A stretch of 64,000 nucleotides of DNA from Octopus vulgaris (lineage: Eukaryota), in the NCBI GenBank assembly GCA_951406725.2, contig OX597817.1:162068001-162132000 (forward strand), written 5' to 3'. The translations under genes and the position numbers were made by a program. Positions 37,441 through 50,279 of the stretch are shown in pieces. The notes under the pieces were generated by a model. It worked only from the letters and a program-made list of their open reading frames with translations. It had not been told where the DNA came from and searched no databases. Each line of letters begins with the position of its first letter. The stretch's first letter is position 1.

Positions 37441-37697
37441 TCATCACCCACAACTTCTATAAAGGATGCAAAACAAGCAGTTGTTCATTTATTTGCTTTA
37501 TAGGAGTTATATACACCCACCATGGAAGAACATGGCCTAATTAACTGCGTGTACATGTGTGTACATGTATGTATGTGCATGTGTGTATGTATTTAAGTAT
37601 ATATATATATATATATATATGTATAAACATGCACACACATGCACACACACGCACACACACAAATACACAGACACATGCAAATATATACATACATATG

Positions 37698-37764
<67 letters not shown>

Positions 37765-37842
37765 ATGTAAACGTATGTGTGCATATATATATATGTGTGT
37801 GTGTGTATGTGTTTGTTCATGTGTGTATGTATATATGTATGT

Positions 37843-37882
<40 letters not shown>

Positions 37883-38239
37883 GCAGACAGACAAAGAGAT
37901 AGATAGAGAGATGATGTCTGCACCTTTAATGTGTGCAGACATGTGTGTGTGTGTGTGTGTGTGTGTGCATGCATTTAAGAATTCTGTAGTATATGTGTAT
38001 GGTGTGTTTACAGCTTTCAATCCACAGAAAATCTGTCTTTTCTCACGTTCTTTCTTTTCCCCTCCCCCATTCTCTCTCTCTCTCTCTCTCCCGCTCTCAT
38101 CCTTTCTGTCTTCCTCCAACTAATTACAGAACACACACATATACACACACAAGCACCCACAGACACCACATGCATACACATATATATACACACAAGCTGA
38201 AATACTAGCACATAAGCATGCATACATACATACACTCTT

Positions 38240-38400
38240 TGGCTGTGTGGTAAGTAGCTTGCTTACCAACAACACGGTTCCGGGTTCAGTCCCACTGCGT
38301 GGCACCTTGGGCAAGTGTCTTCTGCTATAGCTCCGGGCCGACCAATGCCTTGTGAGTGGATTTGGTGGACGGAAACTGAAAGAAGCCTGTCATATATATG

Positions 38401-38433
<33 letters not shown>

Positions 38434-39105
38434 ATATGTTTGTATGTCTGTGTTTGTTCCCCTAGCATTGCTTGACAACCAATGCTGGTGTGTTTATGTC
38501 CCCATCACTTAGCGGTTCGGCAAAAGAGACTGATAGAATAAGTACTGGGCTTACAAAGAATAAGTCCCGGGGTCGATTTGCTTGACTAAAGGCGGTGCTC
38601 CAGCATGGCCGCAGTCAAATGACTGAAACAAGTAAAAGAGTAAGAGTATAAATGCACACAAATACATACTTATATACATGCATATACATAAATACACATA
38701 CATACACATACACCCATATATTCATATAGGCGTAGGAGTGGCTGTGTGGTAAGTAGCTTGCTGACCAACCACATGGTTCCGGGTTCAGTACCACTGCGTG
38801 GCACCTTGGGCCGACCAAAGCCTTGTGAGTGGATTTGGTGGACGGAAACTGAAAGAAGCCCATTGTATATATGAATATGTGTGTGTGTGTGTATGTTTGT
38901 GTCTCTTTGTTTGTTCCCCCAACATCGCTTGACAACCGATGCTGGTGTGTTTACGTCCCCGTAACTTAGCAGTTCAGCAAAAAAGACCGATATAATAAGT
39001 ACTAGTCTTACAAAAAATAAGTCCTGGGGTCGATTTGCTCAACTAAAGGCAGTGCTCAAGCATGGCCACAGTCAACTGACTGAAACAAGTAAAAGTGTAA
39101 AAGAG
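38240..39105 (+). mobile_element. Two family B SINEs
   Basis: 38240-38645 and 38734-39105. Confidence 0.9.
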
Positions 39106-39189
39106 TATATGTACACACATACATACATATATAAATACATACAAACAAACATACATACATATATTCATACATACATACATGATGGCTGA

Positions 39190-39829
39190 CCCCTCGTTAT
39201 CAAGTATGGCCATTGGACAAAGCTTAACTGCTGTTGGTGCTGAGATCGAATGTGACTTTTATTTGCTTTTTAAGGCTACAGCCAGCCATTCAGTTGAGAC
39301 TCACAGCACCATCAACAATCATGAACAATGTTGTTACTGTGCAATGCCTGTGCAGGAAGATTTTTTTTAAAGTGAGGAAAGGCTGAGCACTGAGTCAATC
39401 CCACTCACTAAGCAACAGAAGCCATAATCCGAAAAGAAGAACAAGTCAGCATCATCGGTAACCACTGAGCCGCAGGTTTTATGTCGGAGATATCCCAGTT
39501 ACCTGAGTTACCTTCTCCTAGAAGGATGCCCTAACAAAGGCTAGGAGTCCTTCACTCCCAATGGTTTAACCGCGCGATCGGTATTCCGTCCGATTATTTC
39601 TATGTCCCCGCGCATGATACAGCCTTAAGACATTTATTGGATGGCCGTTGACTCTCAAGAGTTCCTCCGCCCTTTGACAGGTTTTGTTTTTCATCTTGCA
39701 GGGTGTCCAATAAACACCCTCCTCACCAAGCAAGCTTGGTGGGGTTGCCGGCTTAGTCGCCGACAACCCGACCATGCAACAGGTTGTACTGAGTTACATG
39801 TTACCAGTAGCACTCAAAAGTGACCTGAC
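39190..39829 (-). mobile_element. Possible RTE-type LINE 5' UTR or non-autonomous derivative
   Basis: GC-richer segment ending at (CATA)n; minus motif GCCTTTGTTAGGGCATCCTTCTAGGAGAAGGTAACTC...AAAACC recalls RTE 5' UTRs from memory; no ORF support. Confidence 0.35.
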
Positions 39830-40894
39830 ATAACATACATACATACATATATACATACATACATACATACATACATGCATACATGCATACAAGCATACAT
39901 GCATACATGCATACATGCATACATGCATACATGCATATGTGTGTGTGAGTGCATGTGGGGCTAGTGTGACTATGTGAGTGGGTGTTTATAAATTTATATG
40001 AATTGGTCTAAAACAAAGCTGGGGTAGAAGCAATTAGAGCCCATTTATTTGGCATGACTTTGCAGTTTGACAAATGAATACTGATAAAATTAGTAGTAAG
40101 CTGAAAAAAGGAACCCTGGGTTGACACGATCGACTTCACCACTTAACCTTTGAAGGCAGATTACTAGCATGGCCACGACCTATTGAGAGAAACCAATAAA
40201 AGACTGAAGGAAAATACCTGTTTGTATGTGTGAATCGTCATCACCATCATCATCATCGTTGTCACCATCATCATCATCATCATCGTCGTCGTCATTGTCA
40301 TCATCATCGTCATCATCATCACCATCATTGTCATCATCGTCACCGTCATCATCATCATTGTTGTTTCGTCATCGTCATCGTCATCATCGGTGGCGTCGTC
40401 ATCATCATCATCATCATCATCACGTTTTCGATGCTGGCAATCACGTTTTCCATTCTGGCTCCAATCGTCTGATTTGGCATGGTTTCTATGGCTGGATGCT
40501 TTTCCTGATGCCAACCACTTTGCAGAATGTGTCAGATACTTTCATGTGGCACTGCATGAGTGTTCTTACGTGGCACCGGCACAAGTGCTTTTCACATGGC
40601 ATCGGCACAGGACACTTGCAAGCCAATCCACTTCACCAAGTTATGTGCTGTGGAGTACATATCTTGAGTATGACAAAGTACCAGGTATTTGTGTATGAAT
40701 GTGTGTGTGTATATATGTATGTATATATGCATATACAGCAGGTAAGGTTATGTAGCAGAAGCACGGCTGTGATGCAGATGTGACAGAGTGGCACAGTCAC
40801 ATGGTTTCAGATTCAATCCCACATGACCATGAGGGTGGAGGTGGGAAGAGTCTGCAGACATGAAAATAAGGACGTGTATATATATATATATATA

Positions 40895-41330
40895 TGAAAC
40901 AAAAAAATGGGACAAGAATGCAAAACAGGTGATACAAAAAAAGGACAACAAAACATCCAGACAGAAGATACAAAGAAAACAAGGACAGGTCATTCAGAGT
41001 TTTCCTTCCTCAGTCGAGTTCCAGATTATCTTTGCCATTTTGGCTGCCTATACTTGAGATTACTCCAATCTGGCCAGGCCCAAGGAAAAACTAAGCTAAG
41101 AGCATTAGATTCCTTGGAAGAAAGCAGTGAATGTATACAAAAACAAGTACAGGAAAAAAACGGGGAAATGTTACACAAATACAAATGCAAATAACAGGAC
41201 ATAACAACAGGTGTCTTTCGACTAAGGACAAATTAAATTAAGCTGGCCTGTCTGGATGTTTCGTTGCCCTCTTTTTGTATCACCTAACTGTTTGAATGTT
41301 TTGCATTCTTGTCCCATTTTTGTATTTTTT
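40895..41330 (-). mobile_element. TA-flanked element with ~60-bp terminal inverted repeats, 'GAAA...CTGANGA' family
   Basis: AAAATGGGACAAGAATGCAAAAC..GGTGATACAAAAA..CATCCAGACAG is inverted at ~41248-41320; interior matches 5810-5915. Confidence 0.7.
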
Positions 41331-41368
41331 ATATATAAAAATATAGTGGCATATGTACACTTTGGTCT

Positions 41369-41400
<32 letters not shown>

Positions 41401-41407
<7 letters not shown>

Positions 41408-41595
41408 CAATCAGTTAGTTGTCATAATAATACACAGAGTTTCAGATGTTGAGGCTAGTCCTTTAGCCCCGGCATCTGAAACTCTGAGTATTATCACGAC
41501 AACTTACTAATCGTCCTATATTATATATGTATAGATAAATTCCTCTATTTACATAATATCGAGGTCTCATTCATTCTTTTGTTGTCATATCATTA

Positions 41596-41600
<5 letters not shown>
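41401..41600 (+). mobile_element. Fold-back relic with the 3' half of a hammerhead
   Basis: Hairpin 41401-41520 containing GAAACTCTGAGTA; tail AGATAAATTCCT.TATTTACATAA..GAGGTCTC shared with 56601-56805. Confidence 0.7.
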
Positions 41601-41647
<47 letters not shown>

Positions 41648-41713
41648 CATACATATATATATATGTAATCATCTTCATCATCATCATCATTTATCTATCT
41701 ATCTATCTATCTA

Positions 41714-41756
<43 letters not shown>

Positions 41757-41766
41757 TTTATCTATA

Positions 41767-42003
41767 CTCTTTTACTCTTTTATTTGTTTCAGTCATTTGA
41801 CTGCAGCCATGCTGGAGCCTTTAGTCAAGCAAATTGACCCCAGGACTTATTCTTTGTCAGGTTAATCTCTTTTGCCAAGCTGCTAAGTAACGGGGATGTA
41901 AACACACCAACAACAGTTGTCAATGAATGGTGGGGGACAAAGACAAACACACAAATACATACATATATATAAAGATATATATACATACATATATATATAT
42001 ATT

Positions 42004-42063
<60 letters not shown>

Positions 42064-42390
42064 GTATATATATATACATTTATATATTATTTTTGCAAGA
42101 TTCTTGATGTGAAATCGTGTGTTGAAACATATATTGCTGTATTTAGAGATAGTCATGTTGCCAGTTTAGCCAATAAAAACACACACACTATATATTTGGT
42201 GTTAATTTGCTTCAGCTTTATTTTATTTTTTACATTAATCGTATTTCGGCCAGAGTTCTTCCGTCACACCTCTGTGACCTCATCAGTGGTCCTTTGCTTT
42301 CTTCTTTCTTATTTGTATGTCTTTCCTTACTAACAATCAGCCATTTTGACAAAATGGCTGATCATTAGTAAGTATATATATATATATACT

Positions 42391-42450
<60 letters not shown>

Positions 42451-42595
42451 TGGGTTTCTCTCGGTTTCTGTTGGACAAATCCATTCACAAGGCCTGAGAC
42501 TATAGTAGAAAACACTTGCCCAAGGTGCCATGCAGTGGGACTGAACCCGGAACCATGTGGTTGGGAAGCAAGCTTCTTACTACACAGCCACTCCT
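41767..42595 (-). mobile_element. SINE family B split by a PLE-like relic (42085-42373)
   Basis: 3' half 41767-41960, 5' half 42448-42595. Confidence 0.8.
42232..42292 (-). ncRNA. Degenerate hammerhead motif
   Basis: CTGATGA-GGTCACAGAG...CTCTGGCC-GAAA-TACGATT; stem II good, stems I and III poor. Confidence 0.45.
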
Positions 42596-43367
42596 GAGCA
42601 TATGTATAGTATCTATATATGTATTTTATATCACTATCCTAAAACCACCTTGGTAATGCTTGTTTATGAGGGGCTCTGCCCAGTCAGTCTTCTCTCTACC
42701 CTACCCCCCCCTTCATCCACCTACACGCATTTCATTCCATAACACTCAAAAAAGCACTGGTGTTGGTACCACATTAAAGGCACTGGTGGTGCTGGTGCCA
42801 CATAAAAAGTACCCATGGTACACTGTGCACAGGGAGTCGTCTTAGGAAGGGCATACAGCTGTAGAAACTATACCGAAACAGACAAAACAGAGCCTGGTAT
42901 GGCTCCTGACCCTGCCAGTTCCTATCAAACCATCTAACCCATGCCACCATGGAAAACAGATGCTATATGATGGTGATGATGATGATGATGGCGATGACAC
43001 ATATGAAAATTTATAAAACTGGACTGAACAGGCTTTAATCATTCCATCTTCTTGTTCTATAAATTTTGATATGAATTCTCTGTGCACTAACATGTATATT
43101 CTATAAAAGGAGCATTCCTGTCGTATGATGACATAAGATAGCTGATAACCATAGCAGAGCTTTGAAATGCAAGTTATGAGGTTATTAACCTAATGATATT
43201 AAATATATGTTACACACACACACACACATTCACTTAGCCATTATGAGACTAATTACCTGATATAGAACTCAATATACATATGCTCCAGAATGAAGTATTA
43301 GTCAAGTGCAAAGTGGTGATGAGAAAAGAGATGACAAAGGAATACACAATTATGTTATGAACTACAT

Positions 43368-43450
43368 TGGCTCACAGCTGTTTCTGCTATAAGATGCAGT
43401 GGACTCATAGTTGAGTGCCTAAATAACACCGTATAGCTTCATCAGAGTTG
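43368..43450 (-). ncRNA. Degenerate type I hammerhead with long stem II
   Basis: CT-CTGATGA-A GCTATA...TATAGC A-GAAA-CAGCTG-TG-AG; palindromic stem III; GUG triplet is non-cleavable. Confidence 0.55.
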
Positions 43451-43613
43451 TGATGAAGCTATAAGATGTTACTTATATTATATACATACATAGGCATGGT
43501 TCCAGATTCAGTCCCATTGTGTAACACCTTGGACAAGTGTCTTCTACTATAGCCTCAGGCCAACCAAAGCCTTGTGAGTGGATATGATAGACAGAAATTG
43601 AAAGAAGCCTTTC

Positions 43614-43644
<31 letters not shown>

Positions 43645-43647
<3 letters not shown>

Positions 43648-44290
43648 TCATCATCATCATCATCGTTTAACGTTCATTCTCCATGCTAGCATGGGTTGGA
43701 CGGTTCGACAGGGGCTCCGGGAAGCCAGAAGGCTGCACCAGGTTCCAGTCTGATCTGGCAGTGTTTCTACAGCTGGATGCCCTTCCTAACGCCAACCACT
43801 CCATGAGTGTAGTGGGTGCTTTTTACGTACTACCGGCACAGGTGCCAGGCGAGGCTGGCACACAGCCATAATTGGATTGGTGCTTTTTACGTGCCACCGG
43901 CACAGGAATCACAGCTGCATTTTCCATTGATTTTTGATGTTGGTGTACTTGACTCAATGGATCTCCTCAAGCACAGTGTCGAAACAGTGTTTTTTTACTT
44001 GCCACCTGCATAGGAGTCAGTCCAGCGACCCTGGCAACTGCCGGGTGCCAGTCATAGGATTGGTTCAGTTTCGATTCCGATTTCACTTGCCCTAACAGGT
44101 CTTTGCAAGCAGAGTTTAATGTCCAATGAAGGGAGGTTAGCATGGGTGCCAGTCGTCGGACGAGGTTCGATTTCGACTTCGCTTGCCTCAACAGGTCTTC
44201 ACGTGTCCAAGGAAGGAAAGGCATACATACGTGGGCTGGCTACATCCCTGGCAAGGGACACGGGATGGACTCACTTGTTCTGCCGGGTCA
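43645..44290 (-). mobile_element. Family E retroposon, long variant with internal ~95-bp duplication
   Basis: (CAT)n tail, GGATGCCCTTCCTAACGCCAACCACTC; GGGTGCCAGTC..TTCGATT..CTTGCC..AACAGGTCTT occurs twice. Confidence 0.7.
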
Positions 44291-44310
44291 TATACATACA
44301 TATATATATG

Positions 44311-44538
44311 TTGGGTTGGTGCATAATTACTATGGCTTTTTTTCAACAAATTTTATTCAACAAAAGCAATAACAACATGTAACAAAAACATCTTTAAATG
44401 CTTATTCCGGAGCATATTCACCATCTACTTCAATTACTGCTTCCTATTTGCTTGGCAGATGGTCAGACCGTCATTTAAAGATGTTTTTGTTAAATATTGT
44501 TATTGTTTTTGTTGAAAAATAGCTGCAATAATTATGCT
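44311..44538 (-). mobile_element. mariner-derived MITE
   Basis: TTGGGTTGGTGCATAATTA terminus, long imperfect TIRs, spacer encodes a mariner C-terminus LPSK*EAVIEVDGEYAPE*. Confidence 0.75.
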
Positions 44539-45071
44539 GAATTTTTGCATGAGGGAGATAAGAGATTAGTCTGATGTTACCTCTGCTGTGATATCATAGA
44601 AGTGAAATGGGTGATACCAGTGCAGTGGGAGTGCAGAAATTAAAATGATATTAACTTGCAATGTTGAAGCAGCCTCAATAAGCATACCTGACTTGTTATA
44701 AATAGCAGCCAAATTTATCGAATCTTATACCAGTGTTTTTTTTTTTGTGTTTTTAATTTTTTTCTTTTAAATAGAATACATTAAGTAACTTATCCTGGAT
44801 ACAGTATGACTGGAAAAAAAGATGGGATGGTCATAACAAGAACGTCTTTGATTTCATATCTACATAAGCTGAGATAATCTAGGATTAAACAGCATCAACA
44901 TTGAAAACCAGTAAATTATGTAACACCCAAAACAGGAAACAAATGCAGACCGCGTGGCTGAGAAACTTGCTTTACAACCATATGGTCTTGGGGGTCAATC
45001 CCTCTGCAGAGCCAACCAATGCCTTGTAAGTGAATTTAGAAGATAAAAATTGTGGAAGCCTATTGTATATA

Positions 45072-46000
45072 GGTGCATGGCTCAGTGGTTAGAGCGTTGA
45101 GCTCAGGAGTGGCTGTGTGGTAAAGTAGCTTGCTTACCAACCACATGGTTCCGGGTTCAGTCCCACTGCATAGCACCCTGGTCAAGTGTCTTCTGCTATA
45201 GCCTCGAGACAACCAAAGCCTTGTGAGTGGATTTGGTAGACGGAAACTGAAAGAAGCCCATCATATATATATGTATATATATATATGTATGTATGTGTAT
45301 ATGTTTGTGTGTCTGTGTTTGTCCCCCAACATCGCTTAACAACCAATGCTGGTGTGTTTATGTCCCTGTAACTTAGCAGTTCAGCAAAAGAGACCGACAG
45401 AATAAGTCCTGGGGTCGATTTGCTTGACTAAAGGCGGTGCTTCAGCATGGCCACAATCAAATGACTGAAACAAGTAAAAGAGTAAAAGAGTAATTATGAG
45501 GTAGTGAGATCTATTCCTGGACTGGGCTGTGTGTTGTGCTCTTGAGCAAGACAGTTTATTTTACGTTGCTTCAGTTCACTCAGCTGATAACCCTTTGCTT
45601 CACCCATTAGCTGTTATGCTTCTGTTTTGTGTTAAGAGTATTGTGCAATATGTTGTATTTATTAGTGGAGGGTAGCAGTGGAAGGTGCATTGCTCAGAGG
45701 TTAGAGCATCAAGCTTACAATTGTGAGGTTGTGAGTTCGATTTCCGGACTGGGCTGCGTGTTGTGTTCTAGAGCAAGACACTCTATTTCACGTTGCTCCA
45801 GTTCACTCAGCTGTAGAAATGAGTTGCGACGTCACAGGTACCAAGCTGTATCGGCCCCTTTGCCTTTCCCTTGGATAACACTGGTGGCGTGGAGAGGGGA
45901 CGCTGGTATGCATGGGCGACTGCTGGTCTTCCACAAACAACCTTGCCCAGACTTGTGCCTGGGAGGGTAATTTTCCAGGTGCAAGCCCACGGTCAGCCAA
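45072..46000 (+). mobile_element. Family B SINE (45105-45490) nested in a D-like SINE, followed by a second D-like SINE with tail T4
   Basis: D-like head 45072-45104 resumes at ~45491; second copy 45680-46000. Confidence 0.75.
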
Positions 46001-46439
46001 GCAGAGGGTAGTGGTGGAAGCAAACTCTATGTATGTATATAATAAGCACACACTGTAGCCGTGCCACCGAATAAAAATGTGTACAGCGGTGCGTTAATAA
46101 CAGATTCAGTGTGTTTAGTATATTATGTAATATAAAAGAAATGGTTGTAGCATGGTCAATGTAGTAGAGGCAGGTAAAGTGTGTGTGTGTGAGCACACAG
46201 GTGGAGTGATTAATTCAGGTTAGTTACAGTTGTTAGTTACCTATAAGGACAGAGTTTGCTGCATGGTGTATTAATGATGGCACATATAGAGACATACATA
46301 GCCAATGTCACAGCTCGTTTAACTATGTGTAATTAGCAGCAAATATTCTATAGTATATTAATTCATTCATGGTGAGCACTCATTTATTATAGTCATCAAC
46401 TTCTTCATAACGATCAATTAATTACTATGTAAAAATGTC

Positions 46440-46443
46440 ACTG

Positions 46444-46508
<65 letters not shown>

Positions 46509-47040
46509 GTTGTCGTCGCCATTGTCAACATCTTTGTTGCTGTTTTCCTCATCATTGTTATCATCACCTTCACCACCACCACCACCACCGCCACCGCCAC
46601 TGCCGCCACCACCACCGCCGCCGCCACCACCACCATCATCATCATCATGACCATCATCACTATTCCTCTCACTATTATCAGTGTTATACTCCTCCTTTTC
46701 CTTGCCTTCCTCATCTGCCTTCTCTTCCTCCTCCTCCTCCTTCTTCTTCTTCCTCCACTTCTTTCTCCTCCTCCACCTCCTTCTTCCTCTTCCTCCTATT
46801 CTTTCTCCTCCTCCTCCTTCTTCCTCTTCCTCCTATTCTTTCTCCTCCTACTCCTTCTTCCTCTTCCTCCTACTCCTTCCTCCTCCTCCTCATTATCATC
46901 ATCATCATCAACATTCCTATCACCATCCTCAACACTGTCATCATTACATCCTCCTCCTCCTCCTCCACCTCCTCCTCCTCATCATCATCACCATCACCAT
47001 CACCACCATCGTTATCATCATCGTCATCATTGTTGTCATC
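46440..47040. repeat. (CAT/CAC/CCT)n low-complexity block
   Basis: Seen directly. Confidence 0.9.
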
Positions 47041-47679
47041 AATTTTAACATCTATTCTCCTACGTTATCTCCAGTTTGACAGGTCAGCAATACATCATCT
47101 CTTCATATGTCAATATCCTGTTTTATCTCATCGGTGAGTGCCAATATTCCCAGTTCTGGAACCCAATTACTTCCTACCCATGCCATCCATTGTTTAACTC
47201 TACCACAGCAGTTACCTTCCACCCTCAACTCAACAGCAATTTCTCTCACCTGTGAATATATCATCTATTCACACAAGACGTCCATAGCAGTGAAGTTAGT
47301 CAGTCACCAATAGTGAATACTTCAAATAGACAATACTTCTGATAAATCACTTACTTAATGTCATTTCTCTTCAAAATGTCTTCGAAATTAATGTTTCACT
47401 ACCATACAGAACCATACATAACCCCTGTCTCTTCAATCACTGGAGATCTTCAACATCAAATGTCTGTATATTAATTCCTTAAGAGAATAAGAGCTCATAG
47501 ATGAGCCCTGTCTGTTCAGCCACTGTGGATTTTCCCATCCAGTGTTCATATCTCACTACCAAACCAGACCATATAGAGTTCTCTTGTCTCTCTCGTCACA
47601 ATGGTTTACTGCCTCTACTGTCCATATTTTACAACCATATAGGATCCTACAAAGCTAGCCTCTGTCTTTCTCATCTACT

Positions 47680-48060
47680 ACTTCACCAGTGGGGACTGGC
47701 CTTAATACTTCTGCTGTGGCGTTCAGGTCTTCTTGAGTACAGCAAAGTACCAGGTATCTGTCTCAGTCCTTTGCCATCTCATCTGAAAGGTTCAGCGTTC
47801 TGAGGTCGTCCTTCAGTACTTCATCCTATATCTACCTGGGTCCTCTTCCACGGGTTCCATCTACTTTGAGAGATCAGCACTTCTTTATAAAGCTGTCAGC
47901 ATCCATCCACATCACATGACCAAACCAGTGCAGTCTTCTCTCTTGCACACAGCATCTAATTCCTCTTATGCCCAACCTCTCTCTCAATACACTAGCGCTC
48001 CGTCGAACATGTACACTTACATCACACATCCAGCAGAGCCTACTAGACGCATTCCTCTCT
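47680..48060 (-). pseudogene. RTE-clade LINE 3' end
   Basis: ERNASSRLCWMCDVSV..RRSASVLRERLGIRGIRCCVQERRLHWFGHVMWMD..IKKC*SLKVDGTRGRGPR..DEVLKDDLRTLNL matches RTE C-terminal RRLRWFGHV.RM and G.R.RGRP motifs. Confidence 0.85.
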
Positions 48061-48382
48061 ATGTTAATTCAACAAACTAGTTGTGGTCGAAATTAACTGA
48101 GATCCATTCATTTCAACCATCATGTCACTTAGATCTTCTTGACCCGGTTCAGAAGCAAGTCTCCAATTTGGTTGATCCCTCTCATGCTTCAACTCTGCAA
48201 CCCTTGTCACATTGACATGACGAACTTTCTCTCTTAGTGCCAAATCAGTTTGTGCCATCTTACCCAATGCAGAACTCACAGTGTCTTCACCTAAGCGATG
48301 CTGTGTCTTCTACTATAGCCTCAGGCCAACCAAAGCCTTGTGAGTGGATTTGGTAAACGGAAACTGAAAGAAGCCCATCGTA

Positions 48383-48519
<137 letters not shown>

Positions 48520-48560
48520 GGAAGTCTTTTTATGCTTGTAGTTTTTTCCTTAAATTGTCT

Positions 48561-48609
<49 letters not shown>

Positions 48610-49307
48610 AGAAGTCTTTTTATGGTTGTAGTTTTTTCCTTAAATTGTCTGACTTTGGAATTTTCTCCCATCTCATTGCTTTCCTCCTTATCACCTGAAC
48701 CCTTTCAGCCTAAAATAAATTCATTCCTTTCATCTTAATTTCTCTTTCTTCATAGTCCCATACACTAAGTGGTTTCTCACCTTCTTTGGGACTTTCTAAG
48801 AAAAAATAACACTCAGCTATACTCATCAAACAGAAGAATAAAATATTAGTTTCAAAATTTTTGCACAAGGCCAGCAATTTGTGGGGAGGAGATAGGTCAA
48901 TTACATCAACCCCAGTACTCAACTGGTACCTATTTTATTAACCCCCAAAAAATGCAAGGGAAAGTTGACCCAGTCTGAATTTGAACACAGAACCTAGAGA
49001 TGGATGAAGTGCTGCAAAGTTTTTTGTCTGGCATCTTAATGATTCTACCAGCTTGCTGCCTTACAGAAGTATAAAATATTATACTAAGAATAACCTTTCT
49101 AAGATCATCCTTTAGCATTTAAACTGGTCATATCTGCCCAAAATATTCTACTAGTTTTATTTTCAAACTGGGCAGATCCAGCTTCGCATACCTACCCTAC
49201 AATGTCATTCTGAAAATAAAGAACCACACCATCACAATCTCAAAGTTAAGAGATCCTGCATGATTAATTCAAAACAATGACAAAATACACATCATATATA
49301 AGCATAA

Positions 49308-49769
49308 GAGGGGTTGTGTGGTAAGTAGCTTGCTTCCCAACCACATGGTCCTGGGTTCAGTCCCATTGCATGGCACCTTGGACAAGTGTCTTCTACAATA
49401 GCCTCAGCCCGACCAAAGCCTTGTGAGTGGATTTGGTAAATAGAAACTGAAAGAAGCCTGTTGTGTATATATATATATATATATATATACACAAAATTAA
49501 GAGGAATGAACACTAAAAGTGGACACCCTATATGCTAAACATAGATGTCAAATCGCCATTACCACGAAGAATGTTCTCAAGAATACATTCTTCGTGGTAA
49601 TGGCGATTTGACATCTATGTTTAGCATATAGGGTGTCCACTTTAGTTGTCATTCCTCTCAATTTTGTATGTAACACAATTTTTAATCTTCAGATTTTTAA
49701 ATATGCTAAGCCACTGGTTTTAATTGATTAACATCAATTTCTACCCTTATAATTTAGTTTTATGTATAT

Positions 49770-49821
<52 letters not shown>

Positions 49822-50070
49822 ATGTATGTATGTAAGTATGTATGTATGTATGTGTGTGATATGTTTGTGTGTCTGTGTTTGTCCTCCCAACATCGCTTGA
49901 CAACCGATGCTGGTATGTTTACATCCCCGTAACTTAGTGTTTCAGGAAATGAGACCGATAGAATAAGTACTAGGCTTACAAAGAATAAGTCCTGGGGTCG
50001 ATTAGCTTGACTAAAGGTGGTGCCCCAGCATGGCCACAGTCAATTGACTGAAACAAGAAAATAAAAGAAA
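49308..50070 (+). mobile_element. SINE family B split by fold-back element 49489-49762
   Basis: 5' half 49308-49462, 3' half 49860-50070; ~85-bp inverted arms in the insert. Confidence 0.85.
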
Positions 50071-50279
50071 GAATATATGATATAGTTAATCTGAATGTTA
50101 AAAGGTTATACAATCTGAATATCTTATACATTTATTTCTATCAGGGTCCCTACTTTTTGAGATTGATATAAAATAAAATGTTCATTGGTAACATGGGGGA
50201 CTGTTCCTTGCCTTTGTTTTCTGGGGGAGGTGTTTGTCCTTTTTTATGATTGATACTACAAGGTTTGACAAGCCGTTTG

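Noticed and set aside
47060-47470. Possible second RTE relic (VLYGSET on minus)
   Set aside because: Only one short motif is recognisable; too decayed to support.
48064-48279. 71-aa complex ORF beside the RTE relic
   Set aside because: No recognisable motif or clear splice context.
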